Source: a virus (Duplodnaviria; Caudoviricetes). From it: DNA of 47,216 nucleotides. Below, piece by piece: positions 36,039 to 44,670 of the stretch (its first letter is position 1; each line of letters opens with the position of its first letter). Position numbers and translations under genes: made by a program. The notes beneath the pieces are model-generated. The model was not told where the DNA came from and did no database searches. It saw nothing but the letters and a program-made list of their open reading frames with translations. The stretch is from the IMG/VR virus record IMGVR_UViG_3300048896_000171, positions 1-47,216 of that record. One strand, 5' to 3'.

Positions 36039-36370
36039 GGTCCCTCCGGTCGAACCGGCGTTCGGCCTCTTCGATTTCCTCGAGCGTCACCGGGCGGCCG
36101 AGGACCACCTCCGCGACCTGTTCCGCTAGGCGCCGCGGCAGGAGCGCCCCGCTCAGGGCCCCGCAAATCTCCCGCCATTGCTGATACGTCAAAGACATCG
36201 ATCGGGGGATCCAGCCCCAGGTGACGCGCCATGCTCCAGAGCGCGCTCCGAATACAGGCCGCCGGCGTGACCCAGCCGCCGGCCTGCAGCATCGCTAGGA
36301 GCATCTCCACGCCTCGCTCGTCGAACCCCGACTGCACGACGAGGGCGGGCCGTCGGGCCCGCGGGCTCAC
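36035..36370 (-). CDS. putative ribbon-helix-helix regulator (111 aa)
   Basis: GTGA overlaps at both ends; LVVQSGFDERGVEMLLAML..G...TPAACIRSAL resembles the RHH pattern. Confidence 0.45.
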   Translation of the reverse strand: MSPRARRPALVVQSGFDERGVEMLLAMLQAGGWVTPAACIRSALWSMARHLGLDPPIDVFDVSAMAGDLRGPERGAPAAAPSGTGRGGGPRPPGDARGNRRGRTPVRPEGP

Positions 36371-36771
36371 TGGACGCGGTCGGGCTTGGCGGCTTCGACG
36401 ACGGTGCCCGCGGCCGGCCGCTTCGCGCCCTTGGGCTCGTCGACCTTGATGTACGGGGCGACCGAGGTCGGCACGGTGCATTTCGCGATCACTTCCGGCG
36501 CGACGCCGGCCTGCGCGAGGAGCACGGGGTCGACCGTCAGCCGGTCCTGGGACCGCACGATCTGGATCACGGTCCCATCCTCGAGCTGCTGGCGGTCGGT
36601 GGGAATGGACCGCATGTAGTGCATCAGCGTTGCGTTGTAGAGCTTGCCGGCGGCCTCGGCCTCGTTCTTGACGTCGAGCCAGCGGCGGCGCGCCTGGAGG
36701 ATGGCCGGGAGATTCTCGGCGGTGATGGTCGCGATCGGCTGGGGGGCGTCCGGCAGTTTCTTCTCAGACAT
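36367..36771 (-). CDS. hypothetical protein (134 aa)
   Basis: GGAGGAG SD before ATG 36771 (MSEKKLPD...). Confidence 0.8.
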   Translation of the reverse strand: MSEKKLPDAPQPIATITAENLPAILQARRRWLDVKNEAEAAGKLYNATLMHYMRSIPTDRQQLEDGTVIQIVRSQDRLTVDPVLLAQAGVAPEVIAKCTVPTSVAPYIKVDEPKGAKRPAAGTVVEAAKPDRVQ

Positions 36772-36793
36772 GGGGTGACTCCTCCGAAAGTGG

Positions 36794-36861
36794 GGTCCTG
36801 GGCAGCCGGGGAAAGCCGACCCGCCCAGGACCAGTCTAGCGCGTTCCCGAACGACGTACAA
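36794..36861 (-). promoter_or_regulatory. promoter TTGTAC-N17-TAGACT followed by leader hairpin with CUUUCC loop
   Basis: -35 36856-36861, -10 36833-36838; GGTCCTGGGC/GCCCAGGACC stem 36794-36832. Confidence 0.55.
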
Positions 36862-36868
36862 CCTGGGC

Positions 36869-37015
36869 TCAGAACCAGATGATCGCCAGCAGAGCCATGA
36901 CGGTAATCCCCATCATCTCCGCGACGACGAGCAACCCGCAGGCGTAGCTGCCCCCGCAGCCGTCGCTCCACTGGGCCGCGGTGATGGCCGCCATGATCAT
37001 TTCCGGTGAAATCAT
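36869..37015 (-). CDS. small membrane protein (48 aa)
   Basis: AGGAGG SD; MISPEMIMAA...MMGITVMALLAIIWF. Confidence 0.6.
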   Translation of the reverse strand: MISPEMIMAAITAAQWSDGCGGSYACGLLVVAEMMGITVMALLAIIWF

Positions 37016-37071
37016 CGTTCTACCCCTCCTCCTGCACGCGCGGCCGCGGGAATTCGCGGGCCGCGGTGGTC

Positions 37072-37455
37072 CTACGCGCGGCGCGCCGCGTTGGCCCGCG
37101 CCAGCGTGTCGTGATACTGCGGCAGCGCATCGGCGAGCGCGTTCGACGCGGCCGGGTTCGCGTGGATCCAGTCCAGAATGCGTTGAATCACGGCGTCGTA
37201 GAGCTCCGGATGCGCCTTGAGATACCCCAGGACCGCGTCGAGGAGCATCACCAGGTAAAACGGCAGGCGCGCGGTCGGGACGGCCTTGACCGCGTTGGCA
37301 ATCGTCGCCGCCGCGTGCTTCTGCTCGCCAGCCTCGGTGGCCGGGAACGGGGTCGCCTTCTCGCTGCCGTTGTCCTCCTGCGCGTGCCCGTGCCCGGTGT
37401 GGTGGGTCTTGTCGTCGTGCCCGGTCTTCTCGTTGTCCTTGTCAGTCTTGGCCAT
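37072..37455 (-). CDS. hypothetical protein (127 aa) with His/charged N-terminus
   Basis: AAGGAGG SD before ATG 37455. Confidence 0.8.
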   Translation of the reverse strand: MAKTDKDNEKTGHDDKTHHTGHGHAQEDNGSEKATPFPATEAGEQKHAAATIANAVKAVPTARLPFYLVMLLDAVLGYLKAHPELYDAVIQRILDWIHANPAASNALADALPQYHDTLARANAARRA

Positions 37456-37489
37456 TAGGGCCTCCTTTTGCGGGGGAACCACGCGCGGG

Positions 37490-38662
37490 CTAGCTGCCAC
37501 CCACGATTGAGAACGACATCGACAGCGAGACCGAGCCGCTCAGGCTCAAGCGCACGCAGAGCGACTGGCCGATATAACTGGCCTTGACGAACGTCACCGG
37601 GACGCCGGCCGGCAGCGGCACAGGCGCGTTGAGCTCGTGCGGCGTGGCCGTCTCGCAGCCACTGACGATCACCGCGGTCTGGGTCTGATTGCCCGGCAGC
37701 TTCGCCGACGTCAACATCACCGCCGCCACGGTCCGCGCGCCGGCGACCGGCGGCTGGACGACGGTAACGAGCTGCGTCAGCGCGCCGTTGGAATTCTGTT
37801 CGAAGAGCGCGCCGCCGGGATTGCCCTGGACGCCCTGCGGTCCCGGGTCGCCCTTGGGGCCGGGGTCGCCCTTGCCGCCCGGGAGGCCCTGGACGCCCGG
37901 CGTCCCCTGGACGCCCGGCGCGCCCGGGTCGCCCTTGTCGCCTTTGTCGCCCTTCTGACCCGGGACGCCCTGCTGGCCTTGCACGCCAGGCGTGCCGGGG
38001 ATGCCCTGTGAGCCTGGCTGGCCGGGGTCGCCTTTGTCGCCCTTCTGCCCGGGCACGCCCTGTTGGCCCTGCGTCCCCTGGATGCCCGGCGCGCCGGCGT
38101 CACCCTTGTCGCCTTTGTCGCCCTTCTGACCGGGGACGCCCTGTTGCCCCTGCGTGCCCTGGACGCCCGGCGTCCCTTGCTGCCCGGGGTCGCCTTTGTC
38201 GCCTTTGTCCCCTTTGTCCCCCGCGGGTCCAGCCGGCCCCGGCGGCCCAGGGGGTCCAGGCGGCCCAGGGGGTCCAGGCGGCCCTTGCCCGCCGCCGCCC
38301 GTCTGGTCGCCGTTCGCGACGTTGATCGCGATCATTGGGGCGCTCGCCAGGTCGTCGTCGGCAATCGCCTTGAGGAGGTACGCCCCGTTGTAGAGCGTGC
38401 CCAGGTGGACACTCCCCGACCACGCGGTCGGGCCGCCGTTGGCCAGGCACTCGCAGACGATCGTGAAATCCGCGCGGCGGACTTCGAAGACCATCTTCGT
38501 CACCGGGACGTCGGTCGTGACATCGACGCGCGTCTCGCCGGCGACGACGGCCTGGGGGAGCGGATTGGTAATCGTGACGACGGCCGGCGTCTGGGGGAGC
38601 GCCGAGACCAGCGCGGTCACCAGCGCGAAGAGCGACACGAACAGGGGACGAACGAAGGTCAT
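37490..38662 (-). CDS. exported Ig-like + collagen triple-helix protein
   Basis: N-terminal signal peptide, Big-like domain (V.IT.P....V.G...NG.Y.L.A.A.D), ~50 uninterrupted Gly-X-Y triplets, small C-terminal domain. Confidence 0.88.
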   Translation of the reverse strand: MTFVRPLFVSLFALVTALVSALPQTPAVVTITNPLPQAVVAGETRVDVTTDVPVTKMVFEVRRADFTIVCECLANGGPTAWSGSVHLGTLYNGAYLLKAIADDDLASAPMIAINVANGDQTGGGGQGPPGPPGPPGPPGPPGPAGPAGDKGDKGDKGDPGQQGTPGVQGTQGQQGVPGQKGDKGDKGDAGAPGIQGTQGQQGVPGQKGDKGDPGQPGSQGIPGTPGVQGQQGVPGQKGDKGDKGDPGAPGVQGTPGVQGLPGGKGDPGPKGDPGPQGVQGNPGGALFEQNSNGALTQLVTVVQPPVAGARTVAAVMLTSAKLPGNQTQTAVIVSGCETATPHELNAPVPLPAGVPVTFVKASYIGQSLCVRLSLSGSVSLSMSFSIVGGS

Positions 38663-38680
38663 GCGGACTCCAGTGGTGGT

Positions 38681-38792
38681 GCGGGCGAAGCAAGGACGGG
38701 AGGCGTTGTCCGTGAGGACAGGCTCCCCAGCCTTCGGGATTGTGCTGCTTGCGATTCAGCGGTCCCGACGTTCCCGTCCCTGCTTCTCCCGC
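38681..38792. ncRNA. candidate four-way-junction structured RNA (~112 nt)
   Basis: 21-bp closing stem with 1-2 mismatches enclosing three hairpins, one with a GUGA tetraloop on the + strand. Confidence 0.5.
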
Positions 38793-38798
38793 GCGGGG

Positions 38799-39080
38799 CT
38801 AGTTCTGCCGGCGTGAAAACTTCCAGCGGGCCCAGTCCCAGACGGCCTTACAGACGGCGCCGACCCAGTAGACAAACGCCATAGGCGGGGCATGATACAC
38901 CCGCGGCCGGACGTTTCCCTCCATGTGGACGCGCGACGCGATGATCAGCCGCGGGACCGGCCGGACCACACGTTCAATCGAGGCCTGCTGCGCGTGCCGG
39001 CTCGCCGGCGTCCGCCAGACGCTGCCGTCGCGCAGGAAGTAGTACACCGGGGCGTCGGCTTTCATCAGAAAGCGGGTCAT
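38799..39080 (-). CDS. hypothetical protein (93 aa)
   Basis: GGAG SD, ATGA overlap. Confidence 0.65.
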   Translation of the reverse strand: MTRFLMKADAPVYYFLRDGSVWRTPASRHAQQASIERVVRPVPRLIIASRVHMEGNVRPRVYHAPPMAFVYWVGAVCKAVWDWARWKFSRRQN

Positions 39081-40048
39081 CGGCTGCCGTCTCCAAACCC
39101 GAGAATCATCCCGCGGGCCATCATGTCGTGCCCCCAGGTGATCCCCGGCTCCATGCTCGGCGTCTGGCCGTGGTGGCGCCAGTACGACGCGTACTCATAG
39201 CCCAGCGCGCGCAACCGGCGCCCGCGGCCGCTCGTCGTCGGCCAGTCGTTGATGCCCTTGTCGAAGTGCTCCTGCACGTAGTCGACGTCGAACAGGAACT
39301 GCTGTTCGCGGTCCTCGCCCATCATCGACGACTGGTAGAGGAACCCGTCGACGTAGGGCGCGACATTCCGCCAGGCGGGGCCGTCCGGGACGTCCGGCGG
39401 GTCCGCGTTCGGGTCACCGTCACACGGCGCGTTGTGGTTCGGCGACATATGGATCGCGCGCCAGGCGTCCGGGAAGATGTCGGCTTGCCACTTCACTGCG
39501 TCGACGTACACCTGGTTCCGCGTGTCCGGCGGCGGCTCCCAGAAGGCGGCCGCGCGGTCAATCGCCGCCTGGACGCCCGGATGGGTAAAGACCGGCTCCA
39601 GGTCCCGCTTGACGAGCTTCCAGTCCCAGCCGTCGCGGGGGCCGAGCCAGTACGGGAACCGGTCGGGCAACGGGTGAAACACAAACCGCTTGCCGTAGGC
39701 CCGAATGCGCCACAGCACCGCGGCGTACTCGTCGGCGCGCCCGATCCAATTGGTGTCCGGGTAGAGCCGGTCGTAGCCCGGCGCGATGATGCCGCCGGCC
39801 GGCAGGTCGCGCCAGGGGTAGAGGGCCATCACCTTGGCGAGGTCCTCCTCGCTGAAATTGTCCAGCTCGTCGAGGAAGATGCACTGGGTCGCCGTGCCCG
39901 GCCGCGCGCCCCACGGGATGTTGAGCCCGCGCCCGTCGAACACAATCGTCAGGCTGCACCGGAGCCGCTCGCACTCGTCGAAGGACAACCGCCCCGGGTC
40001 CGGCGTCGCGCCGGCGAGCGCCAGGCGGGAGCGCAGGTCGAGGCGCAT
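39077..40048 (-). CDS. hypothetical alpha/beta protein, possibly glycoside-hydrolase-like TIM barrel (323 aa)
   Basis: TGATG coupling at 40048; Trp/Asp-rich alternating beta/alpha, FWEP and GYEY candidate acid residues. Confidence 0.6.
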   Translation of the reverse strand: MRLDLRSRLALAGATPDPGRLSFDECERLRCSLTIVFDGRGLNIPWGARPGTATQCIFLDELDNFSEEDLAKVMALYPWRDLPAGGIIAPGYDRLYPDTNWIGRADEYAAVLWRIRAYGKRFVFHPLPDRFPYWLGPRDGWDWKLVKRDLEPVFTHPGVQAAIDRAAAFWEPPPDTRNQVYVDAVKWQADIFPDAWRAIHMSPNHNAPCDGDPNADPPDVPDGPAWRNVAPYVDGFLYQSSMMGEDREQQFLFDVDYVQEHFDKGINDWPTTSGRGRRLRALGYEYASYWRHHGQTPSMEPGITWGHDMMARGMILGFGDGSR

Positions 40049-42102
40049 CAGCGGCCGCCGTAGATGAACCCGAACGTCGACGTCGGCCAGACCGAGCCGT
40101 CCGGGTTCGCGTTGTGCGGCGTGACGAATGCGACGCCGCCCATCTTGCGGAAGGTGCCGAACGTCCCGAGGTTGTGCACGTCGCGGTCGTTGACCGACAG
40201 GGCCCAGCAGGTCCCCTGGGGCCGCACGATCAGCCAGTAGTCCCCGTCCGGCGCGGGCGCCGGCGGATTGCTGTCGTAGAGCGGCAGGCGCCACTGGCCG
40301 GAGCCGGCCGGCGATTCGATCATCCCCAGCCCGTCGAATGGGCACTCGGCCGGGATGTGGAGCTTGATCCCGTAGTTCCCGCCGCCCGCGTCGATCAACT
40401 GCGCCTCGCTGAAATTCGCGTTCCCGTTCACACTCGCCATAGCCAGCAGCTTTCTCGCCGCCAAGCCGGGCGGCGTCGGAGGGGGCGGCGTCGGCGGCCC
40501 GATGGGGATGGGCAGCGGCGCGGCCACGCCGTTATAGAACGCAAGGACCGTGTCGTCAATCGACGGCTTGTGATCGCTCGTGCCCATGCGGAAGAGGCCC
40601 ACGCCCACGCGCCAGGGCCCGCGCCCATGGATCGCCGGGTCGCGCCGCGCCCGTGCGATTTCCTGGGACGCAATCGCCAGGGCCTGCTCGGCCTCGTCGC
40701 TCGTGACGGAGATTTTGCCGTCCGGGTAGTACCGCTCCACGCAGCCGCAGGTCACCGCGACGACCACGTCCGGCCCCGCCAGGCTGAGGCACGTCTCGAG
40801 CTCCGTCCGGAACCGCGTCCGGAAGGCCTCGAGTGACTCGCCCGGCTCGCGGTAGACCCAGGGCGAGACCACGTCGCCCTTGCGCGCGCCGGTGAGCGCC
40901 GTCATCACCGCCGGCGAGGGGGTCACGATCACGATGCCTTTGCCGAAGGCCGCCGCGGCGGCCGTGTGCGCGCGGTCGAGCTTCGCGGCCACGTCCGTCA
41001 CCCCTTCCAGGTCGCAAAAGAAGTAATCGACATCCTTGGGGTGGAGGTTGAAGGTGGCCGCGTCGGCCGGGTCCAGCATGAGCTTGTAGCCATGGCCCAG
41101 GAGCGCCTGGAGCTGGCTCGCATTCGGCCGGATGGGTAGGGCGGTGTTGCCCAGCACCTGCGTCACGCCGTCGAAGGCGAACACGTAGAAGAGCGTCGGC
41201 GTCTCGAGGCTGACGACCGGCAGGCCGTTCAGGTCCTCCGTGATCGAGTCCTCCGACAGCACGTCCGGGTCGAACACCGTCTGACCAATCGTCCCGAGCG
41301 CCTCGCCAGGCGCCGACGACCAGACGACGCGCACGGTCTCGTCGCTGCCGGTCATCGCGGTAATCGCATCGATCGCGAACGTCAGCTCGCCGGGCGGCGT
41401 GAGCTCAATCCCGCGGATCGAGTCTGACAGCCGCGCCGTCAGTCGGTCCGTCGCTTCAATCAGCACGCAGCGGCCGTCCAGGAGGGGCACCGGGACGCAC
41501 GCGGAGACGCCCTCCGTCCGCGCTGGGACGGGGAGCTGGCCGACCCCAAGCTCGTACAGGTACGACTGGCCGAGCGAGACCCAGCTCACGAACTTTTTCC
41601 GCACGCGCGCCGCCCAGGTGCCGGCCACCGCGTCGAAGTACAGCGGGCCGGCGTTGGGCAGCGACACAATCGGCGTCCCGTCCGACTGGAGGATGGCGAG
41701 GCCCATGCCGTTGTAGCCCGGCTGCAGCGCGACGATCCCCTCGTGACTGACGTCGACCAGGTCCCAGCCGGGATACTCGAGCACGAACGGCGGAGCCGTC
41801 CGCGGCGGGTCGGGGTACATCCGGACCCCGCCGATGATGCCAGGCCACGCGGTAATCACCCCGCCCCCGCAGCGCGCGCGGTTCGCGGTCTCCGCGTCGA
41901 TGGCGCGCATCGCCCCGGTTCGAATGTTGAGCTCGGCCAAGACGAAGGCGGTCCCCGTGATGATCATGTTCGCGACGATGGTCTCGTCGTCGAGCCAGGA
42001 GAGCGAGCCCACGCCGGCCGCGTTCGGATTGAGGATGCCGGCCTCCGTGCCGACGCCGGCGGCGGAGGCCCAGCCGATGGTTCCTGCAGCGGAAAATTTC
42101 AT
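40048..42102 (-). CDS. large multidomain hypothetical protein (684 aa)
   Basis: Beta-rich N-terminal half, alpha/beta middle, PPTPPPPTPP linker, small C-terminal domain; AAGGAG SD. Confidence 0.8.
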   Translation of the reverse strand: MKFSAAGTIGWASAAGVGTEAGILNPNAAGVGSLSWLDDETIVANMIITGTAFVLAELNIRTGAMRAIDAETANRARCGGGVITAWPGIIGGVRMYPDPPRTAPPFVLEYPGWDLVDVSHEGIVALQPGYNGMGLAILQSDGTPIVSLPNAGPLYFDAVAGTWAARVRKKFVSWVSLGQSYLYELGVGQLPVPARTEGVSACVPVPLLDGRCVLIEATDRLTARLSDSIRGIELTPPGELTFAIDAITAMTGSDETVRVVWSSAPGEALGTIGQTVFDPDVLSEDSITEDLNGLPVVSLETPTLFYVFAFDGVTQVLGNTALPIRPNASQLQALLGHGYKLMLDPADAATFNLHPKDVDYFFCDLEGVTDVAAKLDRAHTAAAAAFGKGIVIVTPSPAVMTALTGARKGDVVSPWVYREPGESLEAFRTRFRTELETCLSLAGPDVVVAVTCGCVERYYPDGKISVTSDEAEQALAIASQEIARARRDPAIHGRGPWRVGVGLFRMGTSDHKPSIDDTVLAFYNGVAAPLPIPIGPPTPPPPTPPGLAARKLLAMASVNGNANFSEAQLIDAGGGNYGIKLHIPAECPFDGLGMIESPAGSGQWRLPLYDSNPPAPAPDGDYWLIVRPQGTCWALSVNDRDVHNLGTFGTFRKMGGVAFVTPHNANPDGSVWPTSTFGFIYGGR

Positions 42103-42482
42103 GGTTGTTTCTCTCCTTCAGGCGGCTCCGGTGGGGCGGGGAGCGGCATGGATTCGATCCGAACTTCAGCCGCAAACGAAGCCATCCACACGGCGATGTC
42201 GTTCTCAAGTGGCGTGTGCTTGATGAACCGCTCGTATAGCGGGGACGCTTCGACCTGCCTACGCGCCTCTCGAAGCAATTGGACATAGTTCTTCGGCTTC
42301 GGCTGCCAGCCCGTCTCCGCGACGGGGAGCGCCAGTAGGTAGGTGTGAATCACTTCTTCAAGCGCCAGCCGCCGATCTGGTGCCATTTCCACATGGTTGA
42401 GGCGGAGCACGAGGCAAATGTCGCGCACCAAGTCTGGCAGCAGTTTCTCTATCGCGGCGGCGCGGGGGTCAGCAGGGGTCAC
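42099..42482 (-). CDS. hypothetical protein (127 aa)
   Basis: Coupled ORF; RFI..TPLENDIAVWMA.F motif; visibly lower GC. Confidence 0.75.
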   Translation of the reverse strand: MTPADPRAAAIEKLLPDLVRDICLVLRLNHVEMAPDRRLALEEVIHTYLLALPVAETGWQPKPKNYVQLLREARRQVEASPLYERFIKHTPLENDIAVWMASFAAEVRIESMPLPAPPEPPEGEKQP

Positions 42483-42889
42483 TGGATCACCTGTTTTCTC
42501 GGAACCAGTGATTCGCCCAGCCGGGCGACATTCTGTTGGCCCTCGGCCAATGCGACGTGCAGGTCTTCGAGGCCCTGGACGATCTGATGGCGCCGCGCCA
42601 GGAGCATCGCGTCATACCGCGCGCGCTCCTCGGCGGCCTGGCCATCAGGTAGGAGGTCGATCTGCTGACGGGTGACCATGTCGGCCTCCATGATGCCGTG
42701 GTACTGCTCGAGGAGCTGTTCAACGAGCCGCACGGCGCCGGCCACACAGACCCGCGGCAGCTCCTGGGCCTCCAAGCCGGCCATCTTGCCGCCGTAGAGC
42801 GCCGTCAGGTACACCAAGTGGATCGCCTCGTCGACGCGGCGCGAGGCCTCGCGTTCGGCGGCGTCCTTCCGAGCCTTCGCCTCACCCAC
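42479..42889 (-). CDS. hypothetical helical protein (136 aa)
   Basis: GAGGAGG SD before GTG 42889 (MGEAKARK...). Confidence 0.75.
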   Translation of the reverse strand: MGEAKARKDAAEREASRRVDEAIHLVYLTALYGGKMAGLEAQELPRVCVAGAVRLVEQLLEQYHGIMEADMVTRQQIDLLPDGQAAEERARYDAMLLARRHQIVQGLEDLHVALAEGQQNVARLGESLVPRKQVIQ

Positions 42890-43322
42890 GGGGCGCCTCC
42901 TCAAGTTCCACCAGGCACTGGGCCCGGTCGCCGTACCGCTTTAAGGCGGTGACCTTGTTGACCTGGGCGTCATCCCGGAACGCCACGCCGGTCAGACCGT
43001 CGAGCACCGCGCGGACCAGCTTGTCGAGATCCGGCTTGACGGTGTGAAACGGCCTGGCCTTGGCGCTGACCGAGGCGGGGCGGACAAAATCGAACGTCAC
43101 GCGGACCGCAATCCCACCCTCCAGCACGCGCGCGCCGGCCCTGGCGGCCTCGGCGCCGATGGCGTGCTGCCAGGACCGCAGTTCGGCCTTGTTGTCGGCC
43201 GTGACGGTGGCCACCGCGACCGGTTGGCCGCGCTTGTTGAACTTCCCAGGGATCACACGCGCGAACGCGCGCATCGAGCCTTTCTGGACCGGCACGCCAG
43301 CGACGACAAATTGCAGGGTCAC
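42882..43322 (-). CDS. rusA: RusA-family Holliday junction resolvase
   Basis: F.V.G.PVQKGS, KPDLDKLVRAVLDGLTG.AF.DDAQV and KRY motifs; GTGA overlap start. Confidence 0.93.
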   Translation of the reverse strand: MTLQFVVAGVPVQKGSMRAFARVIPGKFNKRGQPVAVATVTADNKAELRSWQHAIGAEAARAGARVLEGGIAVRVTFDFVRPASVSAKARPFHTVKPDLDKLVRAVLDGLTGVAFRDDAQVNKVTALKRYGDRAQCLVELEEAPRG

Positions 43323-43774
43323 TTCGCCGGCTCCGGGTACTCGGCCGCGACCTCGGTCATCAGGCGCAGCGTCCGGTCCGCGCCCCACTCGGGAAACTCC
43401 GGGAACGGCTGGCTCGGCTCGAGCGTGTTGACGGTGTCGAGCATCGACTCGGCGCTCGCCGCCATCTCCTCGGACGCCCGCACGACCAGGCGCAGCAGGC
43501 GCTGGGTCTGCCACTTGGGCGCCGCCGCCCAATTAAGCTCGCGGAGCATCACATGGGCGGCCGCCATCGGCAGCCAGAACGCGTGGTCGCCGACGCCGGT
43601 CACTTCGATCAACGTCCGGGTGATGGCGACGATCCGGACGCAGGAGGGCTCGAAAAGCTGGGCCTCCAGGAATTCCTTGGCCTGGTCGACGTTGTCGAAC
43701 TGTTCCTCGCGGACTTCCTCGCCCAGTTCAGTCGCCGGGTCCGGCGTCGTCGGGTCGGTCGGGGGTCTCTCCAT
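43319..43774 (-). CDS. hypothetical acidic protein (151 aa)
   Basis: GAGG SD; coupled to RusA. Confidence 0.75.
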   Translation of the reverse strand: MERPPTDPTTPDPATELGEEVREEQFDNVDQAKEFLEAQLFEPSCVRIVAITRTLIEVTGVGDHAFWLPMAAAHVMLRELNWAAAPKWQTQRLLRLVVRASEEMAASAESMLDTVNTLEPSQPFPEFPEWGADRTLRLMTEVAAEYPEPAK

Positions 43775-44495
43775 CCTCGTACAGCTCCTCTCGGTGTCTG
43801 GCCGCGTAGTCTCGCACGTTCGCCCACCAATCGCGCAGCTCGTCCGCGGTGAACGTCAGCCGCCAGCCGAGGGCCTTCGCTAGCCGGCCCTGGGATTTGT
43901 CTTTGTAGTCCGCATTCACGAACAGGGCCCGGATCCGCCCTTCGGTCACCTTGTGCGGCACCCACTCCGCGGCGGCCGCGTCGCCGGCGACGAAGGCGAA
44001 CTGCTGCCGGAGCTCTTCCTGCTGCATCGCGCAGTACGTCTTGGTCTGGCAGATCCAGTACGCGAACTTCCGGGTCCGCTCGAGGACGGTCGGGTCGGTG
44101 TCGAGCCCGGGGACAATCGACATCCAGGTCGCTTTGATTTCTTCGATGATCGTGTGGTCCCGCCAGACGTAGTTCGGTTCCTCGTACACCCAGCGCGCCC
44201 ATTCGATGTCTGGCGCGCCGATCACGCCGTCGACCGTGCGCTCGGCCTTGCCCTGGCGCCGGTACTCGGGCGGCTCAATCGACCGGGCCGCCAGGAACTC
44301 CTCCCACAGGTGCCCCAGCTCCCAATTGGCCTCCCGTCCCGGCTCCAGGTTCCCGTAGTGCGCGAAGTCGCGCGGCGCGGCCTGTTTCAGCATCGCCGTA
44401 ATGACTTTCGACACATGCACGCCCGCGGTACGGGGCGGCTTGTCCGGGGCCCGGAGCCAGGTCGGGAGGTGACTTTCGATCAGCTCAACAATCAC
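43728..44495 (-). CDS. PD-(D/E)XK-family (Cas4/exonuclease-like) nuclease
   Basis: HVS, G..WE, G.PD, EEIKATW and Q...YC motifs. Confidence 0.85.
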   Translation of the reverse strand: MIVELIESHLPTWLRAPDKPPRTAGVHVSKVITAMLKQAAPRDFAHYGNLEPGREANWELGHLWEEFLAARSIEPPEYRRQGKAERTVDGVIGAPDIEWARWVYEEPNYVWRDHTIIEEIKATWMSIVPGLDTDPTVLERTRKFAYWICQTKTYCAMQQEELRQQFAFVAGDAAAAEWVPHKVTEGRIRALFVNADYKDKSQGRLAKALGWRLTFTADELRDWWANVRDYAARHREELYEDGETPDRPDDAGPGD

Positions 44496-44499
44496 GCGA

Positions 44500-44643
44500 T
44501 TAGCCCCAAATGATCCACGACGCGACGACCGTCATCCCCACAAACGCCCAGCTAATTTGGGCCAGCATCTGTTCGATGATGGCCTGAGACCCCTCGGCGC
44601 TCTTGTCGACAATCGCCGCCAAATACGCGGAGTATTCGATCAT
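44500..44643 (-). CDS. small membrane protein (47 aa)
   Basis: MIEYSAYLAAIVDK...ISWAFVGMTVVASWIIWG; fills the gap between initiator and nuclease. Confidence 0.55.
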   Translation of the reverse strand: MIEYSAYLAAIVDKSAEGSQAIIEQMLAQISWAFVGMTVVASWIIWG

Positions 44644-44670
44644 GTTCCCCACCCCCCTTCGTCCGGAGAT

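Noticed and set aside
38708-38719. GTCCGTGAGGAC identical to a classic hammerhead stem II
   Set aside because: The flanking CUGAUGA and GAAA core nucleotides are absent
38753-38761. CGCUGAAUC (minus strand) resembling the start of a c-di-AMP (ydaO) riboswitch
   Set aside because: The remaining conserved blocks of that riboswitch are missing
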